Part shown: piece after piece, positions 37,272 to 47,799 of the stretch
Layout of the letters: each line of letters begins with the position of its first letter
Position numbering within the stretch: the stretch's first letter is position 1
Assembly (NCBI GenBank): GCA_026413945.1
Contig: JAOAJX010000002.1
Coordinates: 1-64,000, forward strand
Origin: Candidatus Iainarchaeum sp.
GTDB lineage: Archaea > Iainarchaeota > Iainarchaeia > Iainarchaeales > DTGL01
Reading direction: 5' to 3'
Length of the DNA: 64,000 bases
Translations under genes and position numbers: made by a program
The notes under the pieces: model-generated
Database searches by the model: none
Told to the model about the DNA's origin: nothing
What the model saw: the letters and a program-made list of their open reading frames with translations, nothing else

Positions 37272-40200
37272 TTAGGATTTCCTCTCTTTTATCTTTGTTA
37301 TAAACATTATAACTATTGCTATAATTAAGACAAAATAAATATTTAGCTCGGCTGCTGCGGTTTCTTTAGGTTGACTTACAACTGAAATATATTTTCCTTG
37401 TTTACAATCAGAAGTTTTGCAAATACTATATCCTGGAATATCTAATTCTGCTTCAATATAATAAACACCTGGTTCTTGCACCGTACCAATTGCGACGTAA
37501 TCTTTATTACACTTCATTTTTATGTTTTGCAATACTGGTTTTGAACCCTTTATTGTTCCATCAGTTGGCCATAAACTAATTTTCAGGTTTAGATCGGCTG
37601 TGCAAGTTACACTAACTTCAATTGGTTCACCGACTTTTGTATTTTTTGCATTCAAAGATTTTATTGCATAAACTTCATTTGGAAATAAGTCAAAGGTTAT
37701 ACTTTTAATTCCTTGGTTTTTTTTGCACGAAATAGTGTAGCCATTATAAGAATAATAGATATCTATCCTTGGTTTTATTGTAAAAACTATTGACTCAATT
37801 ATCACATCTGTTGCTTCACCAGGCTTTAATATTATGCCCTTGCCTTGGATTACGCTTAGTTGTCCTTTTGGTTCTTTTAGTTCAATAGAATCTATTTTTA
37901 CTGGATATTTATCTGTGTTTGTTACCCTAAACTTGGTAATTACTTTTTCCCAGCCACCAGTTGTTTGGAATCTAGTGTGTGTGACGTCAGATATTTCAAT
38001 TTTATCAGTGTTGAAGAGAGTATTAGGGTCTACAACATTAAGAGTAACTTCCCCACTTAATGTAGCTGGCAAGAGGTTTTTATAAGGCGGTAATCCGACA
38101 GGGCCAGGAGAGCGGCTATATGAATTTAGTTTTACATAGTGAGGCCTATTCCAGCAAAAGCCCAAAAAATAACCGCTATAACCAAGACAATCAACATCTA
38201 ATGTTGCTTTTATTTTGTACTCTGAAGCGCCGGCTGGAACATTAAAGGATGTGCTCGGTGGAGCACTTGTTATGTCAAAACTTTGTTTTACTGAATTATT
38301 TTCATATATTTTTACATTACCTTTGCAGAATATATTCCATGTGCTTAGTTGAGAACCTGGCGTAGTTACTCGACAAGTGTAGCAAGGAATATTGTTATGT
38401 TGGCCGGCTGGCTGTGGTTGACCTGATGGCACTGTACATTTAGCACACTTATATTCAAGCGGTTGACCAAGTACGTTATATTTACCAGTTGGTGAGTACA
38501 GGCAATCTTCACACGTTATATTTTCAAGCGTATTTACACCTATTTGACAACCATTGCAGAGAGCATAGCTTTTTCCGTTTAATATTAGTTGTGGTTGAAC
38601 TATATTAGCATTGCAGTACTCGTTTATCCCATGTCCATAAAACATATCCCAAGATGAAATTTTATCGTAATCGCTTATTTTTTTCCATGCAATAGGCGGG
38701 CAAGAAGTATACCCCCCAGCAATCATAAAGTCTCCAGAAACACTTGAGTTCATGTCAAACTTTATTTGACCACCTTCTCCTTCACAATAAAGTACATTCC
38801 CACTTATAACTTTCCCATCTAATGTAGTAAAAGTTGGTTCCCAACTGATACGCATATATGCCTTAACATAACTTTCCCAACAGGCTGGATCAGCAACATC
38901 TGGCGTTGTTGGGCAAAAAAGCTGAAATCCATCTATTTCAGCAGCCCTATGGGTTTCCATTAAACCAAGGAAAATTGACAATAAAATAAATAAAAAAGCC
39001 ATTTTTATGACTTTTTTTTGTCTTAAATACTTCAATAAGAGTAATGATAACAAAGCAACTAATGCAAAGGTTGCAAAACTAATTCCAATTATCATGGACA
39101 TACTCATACCTTTATTTCCAACATCTTTTACTACAATACCGGGAGTTATGTTTTCGTTTTTAATATTTGGAGTTTCTTGAATTTCTTTACTTTTTATTTC
39201 AGCTTCGGCAGTTATGGAATTGTTTTCTGCGAGTACTGCTCTTATAATATAGCTTTCTGTTACTATTGGCAAAATGACTTCGGTATTTCCAACGCAATCT
39301 GAAAGTTTAATTGTCTTTGTTGTAATTGGTTTAAGATCTTTCTTATTTATAACAATAAGGTTTACATTTTTTTCAAGTTTGCATCTGCTGCCAATGTCAT
39401 CGACCAATTCTATCTCTGCAGCAACTTTGGGGCCATCCTCTATAAATTTGCAATTAATATTTAGTTTCATTTTTACATCAGCATACTTGCTGTAATCGTA
39501 ATACGTTTCTTCAATATCATGGAGACGCCCATTAATATCCCACAGTTTGGTTATTAGCTTACCTCTTGAGAGGTTTTTTTCTGCCTTAAATGGAACCTCA
39601 ACAGCTCTCATTTCGTCTATTATCAGTATCGGTTTCACAGTTTCATGCAAAAGAGATTTTCCGCTTTCGTCTTGAAATTCAAATTCTATGCTGCCAAGCG
39701 TTGAAAAAGAATTAAAATCGTTTATTGATACTTCACCAGGTTCTTTACCATCACCAACATAAACAGATTCAGAAAGAGTTTCACGTATGGTTGTTGATAT
39801 TGAAAAACATGCACCAATTGTTGTACTTTCACCTGCAGCTAAAGGAAACTTTGCTATTGAAGCGAAAGCTATTCTTGCTTTGGTTCCATGTATTGGGACT
39901 CGAATTGGCATAACACTCTTCTGCTGTGTTGCTTTATTCTCTGCAGTTATTATAACCATGTAAGCCTCTGGTGGTAATAGACCAAGTTCATATTTTATAT
40001 CTTTTGTTGAGTCAGCACCAATTTCGAACTCTTCAGTTTTCTGAAGGCCGCTAACTGCTTTCAGTTCAGCAATTATTGGACTATTTTCAGGAATAGCACC
40101 TTTTTTATTCAACTCTAATAATCGCGGATATTTTACGTCATCCCACAAGTAAATTCTTTTTGTGACAATTACATCTTTTGCTTTACCAATATTTTTTAAT

Positions 40201-40850
40201 GGAATTTTTATTGTCAATGGTATGCCATATTCATACTCTGGCAAAAAGAAGTTTGGATTATACTGGGTTTCATTCACAAATACGGCTGTTCGATCAAAAT
40301 ATATATAGCTAACATCATTGCTTTCTTTAACCTTAAATGTTATTCCAGTAGAATATAGACCTGTTACATCTGAGTGTCCTCCAAGACTATAAGAAGACAT
40401 GTAGTAATAGAAAGCTATTTTGTACCTTCCAGATGGAAGCCCATTGGGAATTTTCCAGTTAAAATCTACATGTTGCTGGCTATATGTTTTAAAACTTATT
40501 TCGTCTGGAATAAAAAATTCATCAACAACGTCTTCACCAAAACCGAAACTACCTCTAAAGTAAGTCAGTACTTGTATTTTTATTTTACCTTCTGACATAG
40601 GATGTTCTATTGCACCAACGATATCAAATGACCCAAAAATAGTTTCACCAGGCAAATATTCCAATTTATCTATAGTCAAATTTTCAAAGCGAACAGAAAA
40701 AGATCTGTGATATTTTTCACAAGGCACACAGCGACCTTTAACTCTAGCACAAATTGGTTCTTCCTCGGCACTAACAAAGGAATTCAATAAAATCAAGTAA
40801 ATAAATAATATCAAAAATAGCCACACTTTCGAAGCCATAAAATCACCCAT
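37272..40850 (-). CDS. Large exported/membrane protein with internal TM hairpin and Cys-rich region
   Basis: N-terminal signal, two central hydrophobic helices, CxxC-rich middle, C-terminal TM. Confidence 0.8.
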   Translation of the reverse strand: MGDFMASKVWLFLILFIYLILLNSFVSAEEEPICARVKGRCVPCEKYHRSFSVRFENLTIDKLEYLPGETIFGSFDIVGAIEHPMSEGKIKIQVLTYFRGSFGFGEDVVDEFFIPDEISFKTYSQQHVDFNWKIPNGLPSGRYKIAFYYYMSSYSLGGHSDVTGLYSTGITFKVKESNDVSYIYFDRTAVFVNETQYNPNFFLPEYEYGIPLTIKIPLKNIGKAKDVIVTKRIYLWDDVKYPRLLELNKKGAIPENSPIIAELKAVSGLQKTEEFEIGADSTKDIKYELGLLPPEAYMVIITAENKATQQKSVMPIRVPIHGTKARIAFASIAKFPLAAGESTTIGACFSISTTIRETLSESVYVGDGKEPGEVSINDFNSFSTLGSIEFEFQDESGKSLLHETVKPILIIDEMRAVEVPFKAEKNLSRGKLITKLWDINGRLHDIEETYYDYSKYADVKMKLNINCKFIEDGPKVAAEIELVDDIGSRCKLEKNVNLIVINKKDLKPITTKTIKLSDCVGNTEVILPIVTESYIIRAVLAENNSITAEAEIKSKEIQETPNIKNENITPGIVVKDVGNKGMSMSMIIGISFATFALVALLSLLLLKYLRQKKVIKMAFLFILLSIFLGLMETHRAAEIDGFQLFCPTTPDVADPACWESYVKAYMRISWEPTFTTLDGKVISGNVLYCEGEGGQIKFDMNSSVSGDFMIAGGYTSCPPIAWKKISDYDKISSWDMFYGHGINEYCNANIVQPQLILNGKSYALCNGCQIGVNTLENITCEDCLYSPTGKYNVLGQPLEYKCAKCTVPSGQPQPAGQHNNIPCYTCRVTTPGSQLSTWNIFCKGNVKIYENNSVKQSFDITSAPPSTSFNVPAGASEYKIKATLDVDCLGYSGYFLGFCWNRPHYVKLNSYSRSPGPVGLPPYKNLLPATLSGEVTLNVVDPNTLFNTDKIEISDVTHTRFQTTGGWEKVITKFRVTNTDKYPVKIDSIELKEPKGQLSVIQGKGIILKPGEATDVIIESIVFTIKPRIDIYYSYNGYTISCKKNQGIKSITFDLFPNEVYAIKSLNAKNTKVGEPIEVSVTCTADLNLKISLWPTDGTIKGSKPVLQNIKMKCNKDYVAIGTVQEPGVYYIEAELDIPGYSICKTSDCKQGKYISVVSQPKETAAAELNIYFVLIIAIVIMFITKIKERKS

Positions 40851-40873
40851 TTTTGATATATAACTATTTATAT

Positions 40874-41346
40874 CTAATTAATAATTATTTCCTTTTCCAA
40901 TATTATTTCTAAGTTTTGGATTTCTTTCAAAGTGTAACCCATACAATTAAAAAAGCTAACTGCAACAGCATTGCTTCTTTCAACCACTGCGATTAGTTTT
41001 TTGATCCCTTTCAGCTTGGCTTTTTCCTCAATCGAACTATGCAATTTTTTTGCCAATGCCTTGCCTCTGGTATTTGTCAGTAACAACAACGGCAACTTCA
41101 GCGATGCCTCTTTTTATTATTGTGGCTCTAGCAACACCAACAAGGTGTTTAGTGGGCAATTCTACAACTATTGCAAACTCTTTTCTTTCGTCTAAAATGC
41201 AATAACGCTTGAGCATTTCGTAGCTCATTTCCTTTATTTTTTCAAAAAATCTTTTGCGAACAGTTTCTTTTGAGAATGACTTAAAAAGCAAGCATCTTTG
41301 GAATATCTTCGGGAGTTATTTCCCTCAGCAAAAGCCCCTTCACCAT
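40874..41346 (-). pseudogene. GNAT acetyltransferase, two frameshifts
   Basis: MVKGLLLREITPED.. (stop ~41281) then FKSFSKETVRKRFF...AEVAVVVTDKYQRQGIGKK then LHSSIEEKAKLKGI...NAVAVSFFNCMGY. Confidence 0.75.
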
Positions 41347-41398
41347 AAGCTATTTTTCTTTAAATCAAATTTAAATTTTGATTTGTTCAAATACTTAT

Positions 41399-42376
41399 AT
41401 GTCTAGGTTAAAAAGATTAAAGGAAATACCTTTGGAAAAGCTCAATGCTAAAAAATTTATCTTAGAAAAAACAAAAGAAATTCAAGCAAAGGTTGGCGCT
41501 GAAAAAGCCATTTGTGCGCTTTCGGGCGGCGTTGACTCTGCAGTTGTTGCAATGCTTGGCCATAAAGCAATTGGCAATAGAATGAAAACCTATTTTGTTG
41601 ACTCTGGCTTAATGAGAGATGGTGAAAAGGAGGAAGTTATTGAGACTTTTAAGCAACTTGGAATTCATGTTAATACCATACAAGCCAGCAAAATTTTCTT
41701 TAATAGATTAAAAGGTATTAAAGATCCAGAAAAAAAGAGGGAGGCAATAACATTCGCTTTTTACAGAGACGTATTCCCAAAAATAATGAAAAGGGAAGGC
41801 ACAAAGTTTCTGCTGCATGGCACAAATTATACTGACATTGAAGAAACAGTGAAAGGCATAAAAAGACAGCACAATATCCTATCGCAAATAGGCCTTAACA
41901 CAATCAAAGAATTTGGTTGTATTGTGCTTGAGCCATTGGCTGAGCTTAGAAAACCAGCAATTCGTGTTATAGCAAAAGAGCTTGGCTTACCAAAAGAAAT
42001 CTATGAAAGAGTGCCATTTCCGGGGCCAGCGCTTGCAGCTCGTGTCATTGGTGAAGTAACGCTGCAAAAAATAGCCGTGGTGAGAAAAGCCACAAAGATT
42101 GTTGAAGAAGAGCTTAGAGAAACAAATGCTTTCCAATATTTAGCCATATTGCACGAAGATAAGATTACTGGCATAAAAGAAAATAAACGAGTTTTTGGCA
42201 ATCAGATTGAAGTGAGGTGCTGGGAAAGTGAAGATGCTTCAAAAGCAAGGCCAACTGAGCTAAGCTATCAAAAGCTGGCAAGGATTGCTCAAAGAATTAC
42301 GAATGAGATTCCAAGTGTTGTGAGTGTTACTTATAATATTTCAAAAAAGCCGCCCTCAACAATAGAAGCAGTTTAG
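41399..42376 (+). CDS. guaA: GMP synthase ATP-pyrophosphatase subunit (subunit B)
   Basis: ALSGGVDS, VDSGLMR, DPEKKR, IKRQHN, PFPGPALAAR, KPPSTIE; no glutaminase domain. Confidence 0.88.
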   Translation: MSRLKRLKEIPLEKLNAKKFILEKTKEIQAKVGAEKAICALSGGVDSAVVAMLGHKAIGNRMKTYFVDSGLMRDGEKEEVIETFKQLGIHVNTIQASKIFFNRLKGIKDPEKKREAITFAFYRDVFPKIMKREGTKFLLHGTNYTDIEETVKGIKRQHNILSQIGLNTIKEFGCIVLEPLAELRKPAIRVIAKELGLPKEIYERVPFPGPALAARVIGEVTLQKIAVVRKATKIVEEELRETNAFQYLAILHEDKITGIKENKRVFGNQIEVRCWESEDASKARPTELSYQKLARIAQRITNEIPSVVSVTYNISKKPPSTIEAV

Positions 42377-42861
42377 CGGCTTGACCAAGGATAAACAACC
42401 CAGCCGTCTGCTTCTTTTGCAAAATAATCTGGCCTGAATTTAGACCAGGGTTTCCAATGCACTGTTAAGAACTTTACTTGCTCCGGTTTTTGCCTTTCTA
42501 TGTAATTTTTTACTGCAATGCAAGTAGCTCCACTATCAGAGACTTCGTCCACAACTAAAACCTTCTTGCCCTTAATGCTTTTATTGAGTTTTTGTACAAT
42601 CACCGGCTTTTTGTTTGTTTTCATGCCATTTTTTACTATATCGTCTTTATAATATTCCACTTTTATTACATAAAGTTCATTATTCTTGAGTTCATGCGAT
42701 ATTATTTGAGCTGGCACAAGACCGCCGCGACTGACAGCAATTATAACATCTGGTGAAAAACCATCGCTCTTTATTTGAGAAACAAGTTGCCTACAGAGCA
42801 AGTCAAATTCATCCCAAGAAACAGAAATCTTTTTTTCTATGTTTTTTTCGTTGGCACCCAT
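42373..42861 (-). CDS. Purine phosphoribosyltransferase (Gpt-like)
   Basis: IAVSRGGLVPA, VLVVDEVSDSGAT, PDYF...WVVYPW. Confidence 0.88.
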   Translation of the reverse strand: MGANEKNIEKKISVSWDEFDLLCRQLVSQIKSDGFSPDVIIAVSRGGLVPAQIISHELKNNELYVIKVEYYKDDIVKNGMKTNKKPVIVQKLNKSIKGKKVLVVDEVSDSGATCIAVKNYIERQKPEQVKFLTVHWKPWSKFRPDYFAKEADGWVVYPWSSR

Positions 42862-42864
42862 ATT

Positions 42865-44229
42865 TTATTTAGCACGAAAAACAATAAATTTTTTTCTGCA
42901 GATTGCAGAAATAGCCCTTTTTGTACTTTTAATTATAAATGATAAGAAATAAATCAAATCTTCCAAATTAGGCAAAATTTCTATCTTAAAGCCAAGGATT
43001 CTGTATTTTAAGTATAGATACACAAAGCCAATGTATGTGCTTGCTATCTGCGATGCCAACAATCCATAAACGCCAAAGTTTTTAGTAAGCGCTAAGCCTA
43101 AAACCAAAGTAACTATGAGTGATATAATTGAGCTTTTGATAGATAAATCAATCCTTTTTAGCATTGTGCATACACAATTGGCCATTATTAAAAGAGAAGC
43201 ACCAAAAAGCCAAGCCATGAAAAGAGGCAACAGCAAATATGCCTCATTATACTTTGGCAAAAATATGTTAAGTATTAGCGGCGCAAAAATCAACGCAAAA
43301 AAGCCGAGAGTTACACTTGCTATCAGAGAAAATTTAAGACCTTTTGATACCAAGCTGGCCAAATCTCTTCTGCTTTTTGCCCTTTGGCTTGCGAATGGCA
43401 CTATAACATCAATTAGTGCTAATGTTGGTATTTGCACAGCATAAACAGAAATTTTCTCGGCAATATAGTAAAGACCCATTGTTGCAGAGCTTAAAAATAG
43501 ACCCATGTAAAAAAGAACAGCTTGTATATTTGCCCTCTGTAAAATGTTTGAGACAAAAAGTTCTTTAGCACATTTTTTAATTTCTTTGAATTCTATGTCT
43601 TTTTCCTCAAACTTTTGCTTGCTAAACATTGCGATATAAAATATGAAGCCAATTGTTACTGAAATTATTTTAGCGTAAATTGGTCCCGAAACATTGTACC
43701 CCAAAAAAACTACAAAAATAAATGCAAACGCAAAGCTAAGGAAGTTCTCGATAGCGGTAACTATCATTACTTTGCCAAAGCTTTTCAAGCCCTTGAAAAG
43801 TGCTTCAAAGAGAAGATAAAACGGAAAGAAAAGGAAGAGTACGGATGCAGTGCTAAATAGCTTAGCATCACCTCTGCCAATGAGAGAAAGCAAGTGCCCG
43901 GAAAAAAGATAAAATACAATGAACATAAAAAAGAAAATTGGTATTAGAACTTTTGCAAAGAATAAGAAAAGCGCTCTTGATCTTGCCCTTGGAATATAAA
44001 CGCAAAGCAGCTGGTAAAAGACATCAGCGCCAAAAACGTAAACAATATTTCCAATAAATGCAAGCACAAACATTGCTATGCCATATTGTGTAGGCCCAAG
44101 GGCATTTGCAATTATATAATTGTATAAAAGGCCCGTGACAAGCATTGCAATTCTTGTAGCATAGGAAAATGCTGTGCTTTTGGCAAAAAGCCAAGATTCA
44201 TCGTTACTCATAAGATTACCATTTCTCAA
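42865..44229 (-). CDS. Oligosaccharide flippase (MOP/Wzx family)
   Basis: Many TM helices, ANALGPTQYG, GLYYIAEK; in operon with glycosyltransferases. Confidence 0.85.
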   Translation of the reverse strand: MRNGNLMSNDESWLFAKSTAFSYATRIAMLVTGLLYNYIIANALGPTQYGIAMFVLAFIGNIVYVFGADVFYQLLCVYIPRARSRALFLFFAKVLIPIFFFMFIVFYLFSGHLLSLIGRGDAKLFSTASVLFLFFPFYLLFEALFKGLKSFGKVMIVTAIENFLSFAFAFIFVVFLGYNVSGPIYAKIISVTIGFIFYIAMFSKQKFEEKDIEFKEIKKCAKELFVSNILQRANIQAVLFYMGLFLSSATMGLYYIAEKISVYAVQIPTLALIDVIVPFASQRAKSRRDLASLVSKGLKFSLIASVTLGFFALIFAPLILNIFLPKYNEAYLLLPLFMAWLFGASLLIMANCVCTMLKRIDLSIKSSIISLIVTLVLGLALTKNFGVYGLLASQIASTYIGFVYLYLKYRILGFKIEILPNLEDLIYFLSFIIKSTKRAISAICRKKFIVFRAK

Positions 44230-44235
44230 AAAAAT

Positions 44236-45270
44236 TTACTCTTCAATTATTTTAAGGAACTTTTTCTCCCATTCCACAACATCGTTGTTCCTTTTTATGA
44301 AGTTCCTACATTTTTTTGATATCTTTGAACGATTTTCCAAAATATAGGAAATCTTCTCAGTTATTTCTGCAGTATCATCAGGTTTATTTAAAATTATTTC
44401 GGGTATCGCATCAGCTATTTCATCACCATACCCAGTTCTAGTAAAAATTGGCGGCGTGCCACAAGCCATAGCTTCGGCTACAGCATAACCGAAACCTTCA
44501 TGATAAGCTGGATGCAATAATATATCTGCACAGTTATATAGCAAAGGCATTTCGCTATCTTTCACGCTCTTAATCCACTGTACTTTTTCGCTCTCGGGGT
44601 CAGCCCTGCTCAAGAATACTACTTTATAAAAATCAGCTGTTTTAATAACTGTTTCAACATTTTTCCAGGGCGCATTACTTCCAACATAAAGCAAGAAGTT
44701 TTTTGGTAGATCTAAAGAAAGCTTACTTCTTGCATTTTTGATTGGTCTGAACTTTCTTGTATCAATTCCATGATGTATTAAGATAGGCTCTTTCAAACCT
44801 CTGCTCGTGACATAGTCCTTGACGTGACGGCTAAAGACAACAACAATATCGCTTTTTTTCATTGATTTTTCTTGTAGATGCCCAAGGTGTTGTCCCCAAA
44901 GGTAATATGGATATGATATTTTGTGCCTTATAGACTCAAATATGTCACGATAGCAATCATGCAAAAGCATTATCTTTTTTGGTGCTTTTGCATAGTAACC
45001 ATAATAGTCACTGCTTATCACCACATCAAAGCCATTGTTTTTCTTATTAAAATGCGCCCCTAAAAGTTTGGCTTTATAGAGTTCTCTATAGGGAAAAAAC
45101 CTCATAGCGGAAAGAATTATTTTCTGAGATAAATTGAGTTTAAGATCAGAGAAAGCAAATACGCTCACTTCATGGCCATGTCTTTTAAGCGCATCAGCAA
45201 GCATCTTTACAAATACTTCTGCACCACCAATGAAATTCAAGGAATTTGGCAGAATAAAAGCGATTTTCAA
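44236..45270 (-). CDS. Glycosyltransferase family 4
   Basis: GGAEVF, HHGID, LLYVG, HEGFGYAVAEAMACGTP. Confidence 0.92.
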   Translation of the reverse strand: MKIAFILPNSLNFIGGAEVFVKMLADALKRHGHEVSVFAFSDLKLNLSQKIILSAMRFFPYRELYKAKLLGAHFNKKNNGFDVVISSDYYGYYAKAPKKIMLLHDCYRDIFESIRHKISYPYYLWGQHLGHLQEKSMKKSDIVVVFSRHVKDYVTSRGLKEPILIHHGIDTRKFRPIKNARSKLSLDLPKNFLLYVGSNAPWKNVETVIKTADFYKVVFLSRADPESEKVQWIKSVKDSEMPLLYNCADILLHPAYHEGFGYAVAEAMACGTPPIFTRTGYGDEIADAIPEIILNKPDDTAEITEKISYILENRSKISKKCRNFIKRNNDVVEWEKKFLKIIEE

Positions 45271-46223
45271 CTAACTCCCCCCCTTGCCTTTAAAGTTGTC
45301 CAATAATAAATGAAAACAAAAAAATTTATGAGATACCACAAGTAAAGAAAGAAGGAATAAGCTGCTAACTCTTTTATGGTGTACTTTCTCTTGCGTGCTT
45401 TTGAAGCTAAATAGATTATGCCGGTGACTGACAGTGATAAAGCAATTATTAGAAAAGGAAACATCTTGATACCGAGCAAATATGAGAAAAATATGCCCCA
45501 AGCAATACAGCCATATGCTAACTCCCTAAAAATGCTGTAACCGAAATGCTCATGATAGAGTTTAGGAAACTTTTTGTAAAGCAACAGCGTATTCCTTGTT
45601 ATATGCTGATTTTTTAAAAAGTTGATTGGGTTTACCAATTTTGCAGGATGAAAAACCCTGACGGTTGGGCTAAAAACTATTTTGTATCCCTTTGAGATTA
45701 TTTTGAATGCTAGGTCCGTATCCTCTGCAAAATAACAATATCTTTCATCAAAGCCACCTACTGCTTCAAGAGCAAATTTTTTGAAAGCATAGTTTGCGGA
45801 TATATATCTCCCACCAGTGAGGTTTTCGGGAGCTTGTTCGTACAAGTGGTTAAAGTTGCTGTATATCAAGCCTTCCACGCCGGCTATGTCTTCATTTTTT
45901 TTGAAAATTTTATCTATTTCTTCAAGCCAATCTTTATCTGGAATGCAATCATCGTCAGTGAATGCAATTATTTTTCCTTTTGCTTTTTTTATTCCATAAT
46001 TCCTCTTTACATCACAGCACTTGTTTTTGATCTTATAAAACTTTACTTTGTGCTTTCTAAATTTTTTGCTAATTGAACCAAAAGTATTATCTTTGGTGTC
46101 ACTAATAACCAATACTTCGTATTTTTCTTTAGGATAAGTCTGCTGCAATAAAGAACCCAGCGCTATGCTTAGCTTATCGGGTCTTTTATGCGTAGGAATC
46201 ACCACGCTTATTTCAGGTTGCAT
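45267..46223 (-). CDS. Glycosyltransferase family 2 with C-terminal TM helices
   Basis: ISVVIPT, RNYG, AFTDDDC, VGGFDE, EDTDL. Confidence 0.92.
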   Translation of the reverse strand: MQPEISVVIPTHKRPDKLSIALGSLLQQTYPKEKYEVLVISDTKDNTFGSISKKFRKHKVKFYKIKNKCCDVKRNYGIKKAKGKIIAFTDDDCIPDKDWLEEIDKIFKKNEDIAGVEGLIYSNFNHLYEQAPENLTGGRYISANYAFKKFALEAVGGFDERYCYFAEDTDLAFKIISKGYKIVFSPTVRVFHPAKLVNPINFLKNQHITRNTLLLYKKFPKLYHEHFGYSIFRELAYGCIAWGIFFSYLLGIKMFPFLIIALSLSVTGIIYLASKARKRKYTIKELAAYSFFLYLWYLINFFVFIYYWTTLKARGGVS

Positions 46224-46293
46224 CTATAACACCCAACAAATTATCTATGGTTATCAACGAAACTTTTAAATAGGGAAAAAGTATGGGTTATAT

Positions 46294-47139
46294 ATGCCAA
46301 AAACTCCAAAAAGATTCCCTAGAGGCGGCAGAAAAGCTGAAATACCTGTTGATAGACCTAGAGAGAAAAAAACAGCCGAGTCAATAATGATGGAATGCGT
46401 GCAGATCCTCAAAAGCAATTCGCCCAGAGAAAAGAAAGCAGAGTTGATATCTGTTCAGTCAGCCATTATATTGAATCACATTAAAAATGGCATTATTCCT
46501 TGGAAGACCGGCAGGCGCATATTGAGGGCATTGCAACTAAAGACTGAAAAAGCACTTAAGTCAGAAAATTTAGCATTAGCATATGCTGGTGCATATGAGC
46601 CAAAAGTTTTTTTAGAAGTTGAATCACTTGTAAAGAGCAGAGCCCTAAGCAAGCCAGCTGCAGCGCGCCTTGTAGCCGACTATCTAAAAAACCTGTTCTC
46701 AAGCAAGAAAATGTTGCACGATCTTGTTGTTTCAGAAAAGCCGCTTGATTGGAAGCTTAAATTCATCGAATTGAACAAAGGACTTTCAGAAACAAAAGCA
46801 AAACAATTTGGCCTTACCCAAGCAATGAAAGATGAAATATCAAGAAAGCTTGCTCGCATTACGGATGCTGTGCTTGACTATGAAGCAAGAAAAACCACTC
46901 ATATCGTAAATACCGAAATCTTTGGTGCAATCGAGCATGCTGCAAAAAAAGGTCTTATTACAGAAGAACAAAAAAACGCATTAAGACATACGGCAATAAA
47001 GAGCCAACTTACTAGCATGTTGGTTGGCAGAACAAAAACATACAATTATGTTTCCCTCGAATTTGAGATTAGGCAATTGCCTCCTGATATGCGGGCTGAT
47101 TTAATAGATCTTATAAAGAAGTTAAGGGCAAGTTTTTAA
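46294..47139 (+). CDS. Hypothetical K/R-rich helical protein
   Basis: 281 aa, TTTTAAATA ~22 nt upstream, N-terminus MPKTPKRFPRGGRK. Confidence 0.7.
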   Translation: MPKTPKRFPRGGRKAEIPVDRPREKKTAESIMMECVQILKSNSPREKKAELISVQSAIILNHIKNGIIPWKTGRRILRALQLKTEKALKSENLALAYAGAYEPKVFLEVESLVKSRALSKPAAARLVADYLKNLFSSKKMLHDLVVSEKPLDWKLKFIELNKGLSETKAKQFGLTQAMKDEISRKLARITDAVLDYEARKTTHIVNTEIFGAIEHAAKKGLITEEQKNALRHTAIKSQLTSMLVGRTKTYNYVSLEFEIRQLPPDMRADLIDLIKKLRASF

Positions 47140-47799
47140 CTTCTGTTCTTTAGAGTATAAAAAATAAGAGTATATAAAAAGCAGAGCTATTGAAATAATT
47201 ATTGAAAAGACTGATGCCAAAATAATTTCTGGTGCCATGTTAGCAAAAATGGCTGCAAAAAGTAATATGGCACCTTGAAAGAGAAAAAGAAAGCTCCCAA
47301 GGCGGTGCGTTTTTTCCCAAACAGTATCGCTGCTTAAAGTCCATGGTGTCCTTATGCCAATGAACCAATTGCGTTTTGATTTTTTTAACAAAAAGGAGAG
47401 ATAAATAAAGAGCAGACTGAGTGCCATGAGCAAAAGTTGGTTAATATTTATTTTGTAACCTAAACCAAAAGAGAGCAAAATGATATGAATGTATAGAAAA
47501 AAAAGAATAATAACTATCACAAAACCCTTAAAATAAGGCATGAAAAATGAATAATTTTCCTTTAAGGGATCTATTTTTGGGAGATATGCAAGCAGAAGCA
47601 CAATTATAAAGGAGGACAGAGGCATGATCATCAGTGCAAATTCCTTTTGCATATAACCATCTACCTCGCCCTTTATGTTCCAATGGATTGGCATCTTGTC
47701 TGGCAGATAAGGAAAAAAATACGCGCTCAGTACAAAAAAAGAGACTAATATCAAAAAAATTAAAAGCCAGAAATTATCAATGTTTAACATTTCGTTCAA
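47122..47799 (-). CDS. SdpI family membrane protein (DUF1648 + SdpI)
   Basis: LPDKMPIHWNIKGEVDG, RNWFIGIRTPWTLSSDTVWEKTHRLG. Confidence 0.92.
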   Translation of the reverse strand: MNEMLNIDNFWLLIFLILVSFFVLSAYFFPYLPDKMPIHWNIKGEVDGYMQKEFALMIMPLSSFIIVLLLAYLPKIDPLKENYSFFMPYFKGFVIVIILFFLYIHIILLSFGLGYKININQLLLMALSLLFIYLSFLLKKSKRNWFIGIRTPWTLSSDTVWEKTHRLGSFLFLFQGAILLFAAIFANMAPEIILASVFSIIISIALLFIYSYFLYSKEQKLKTCP

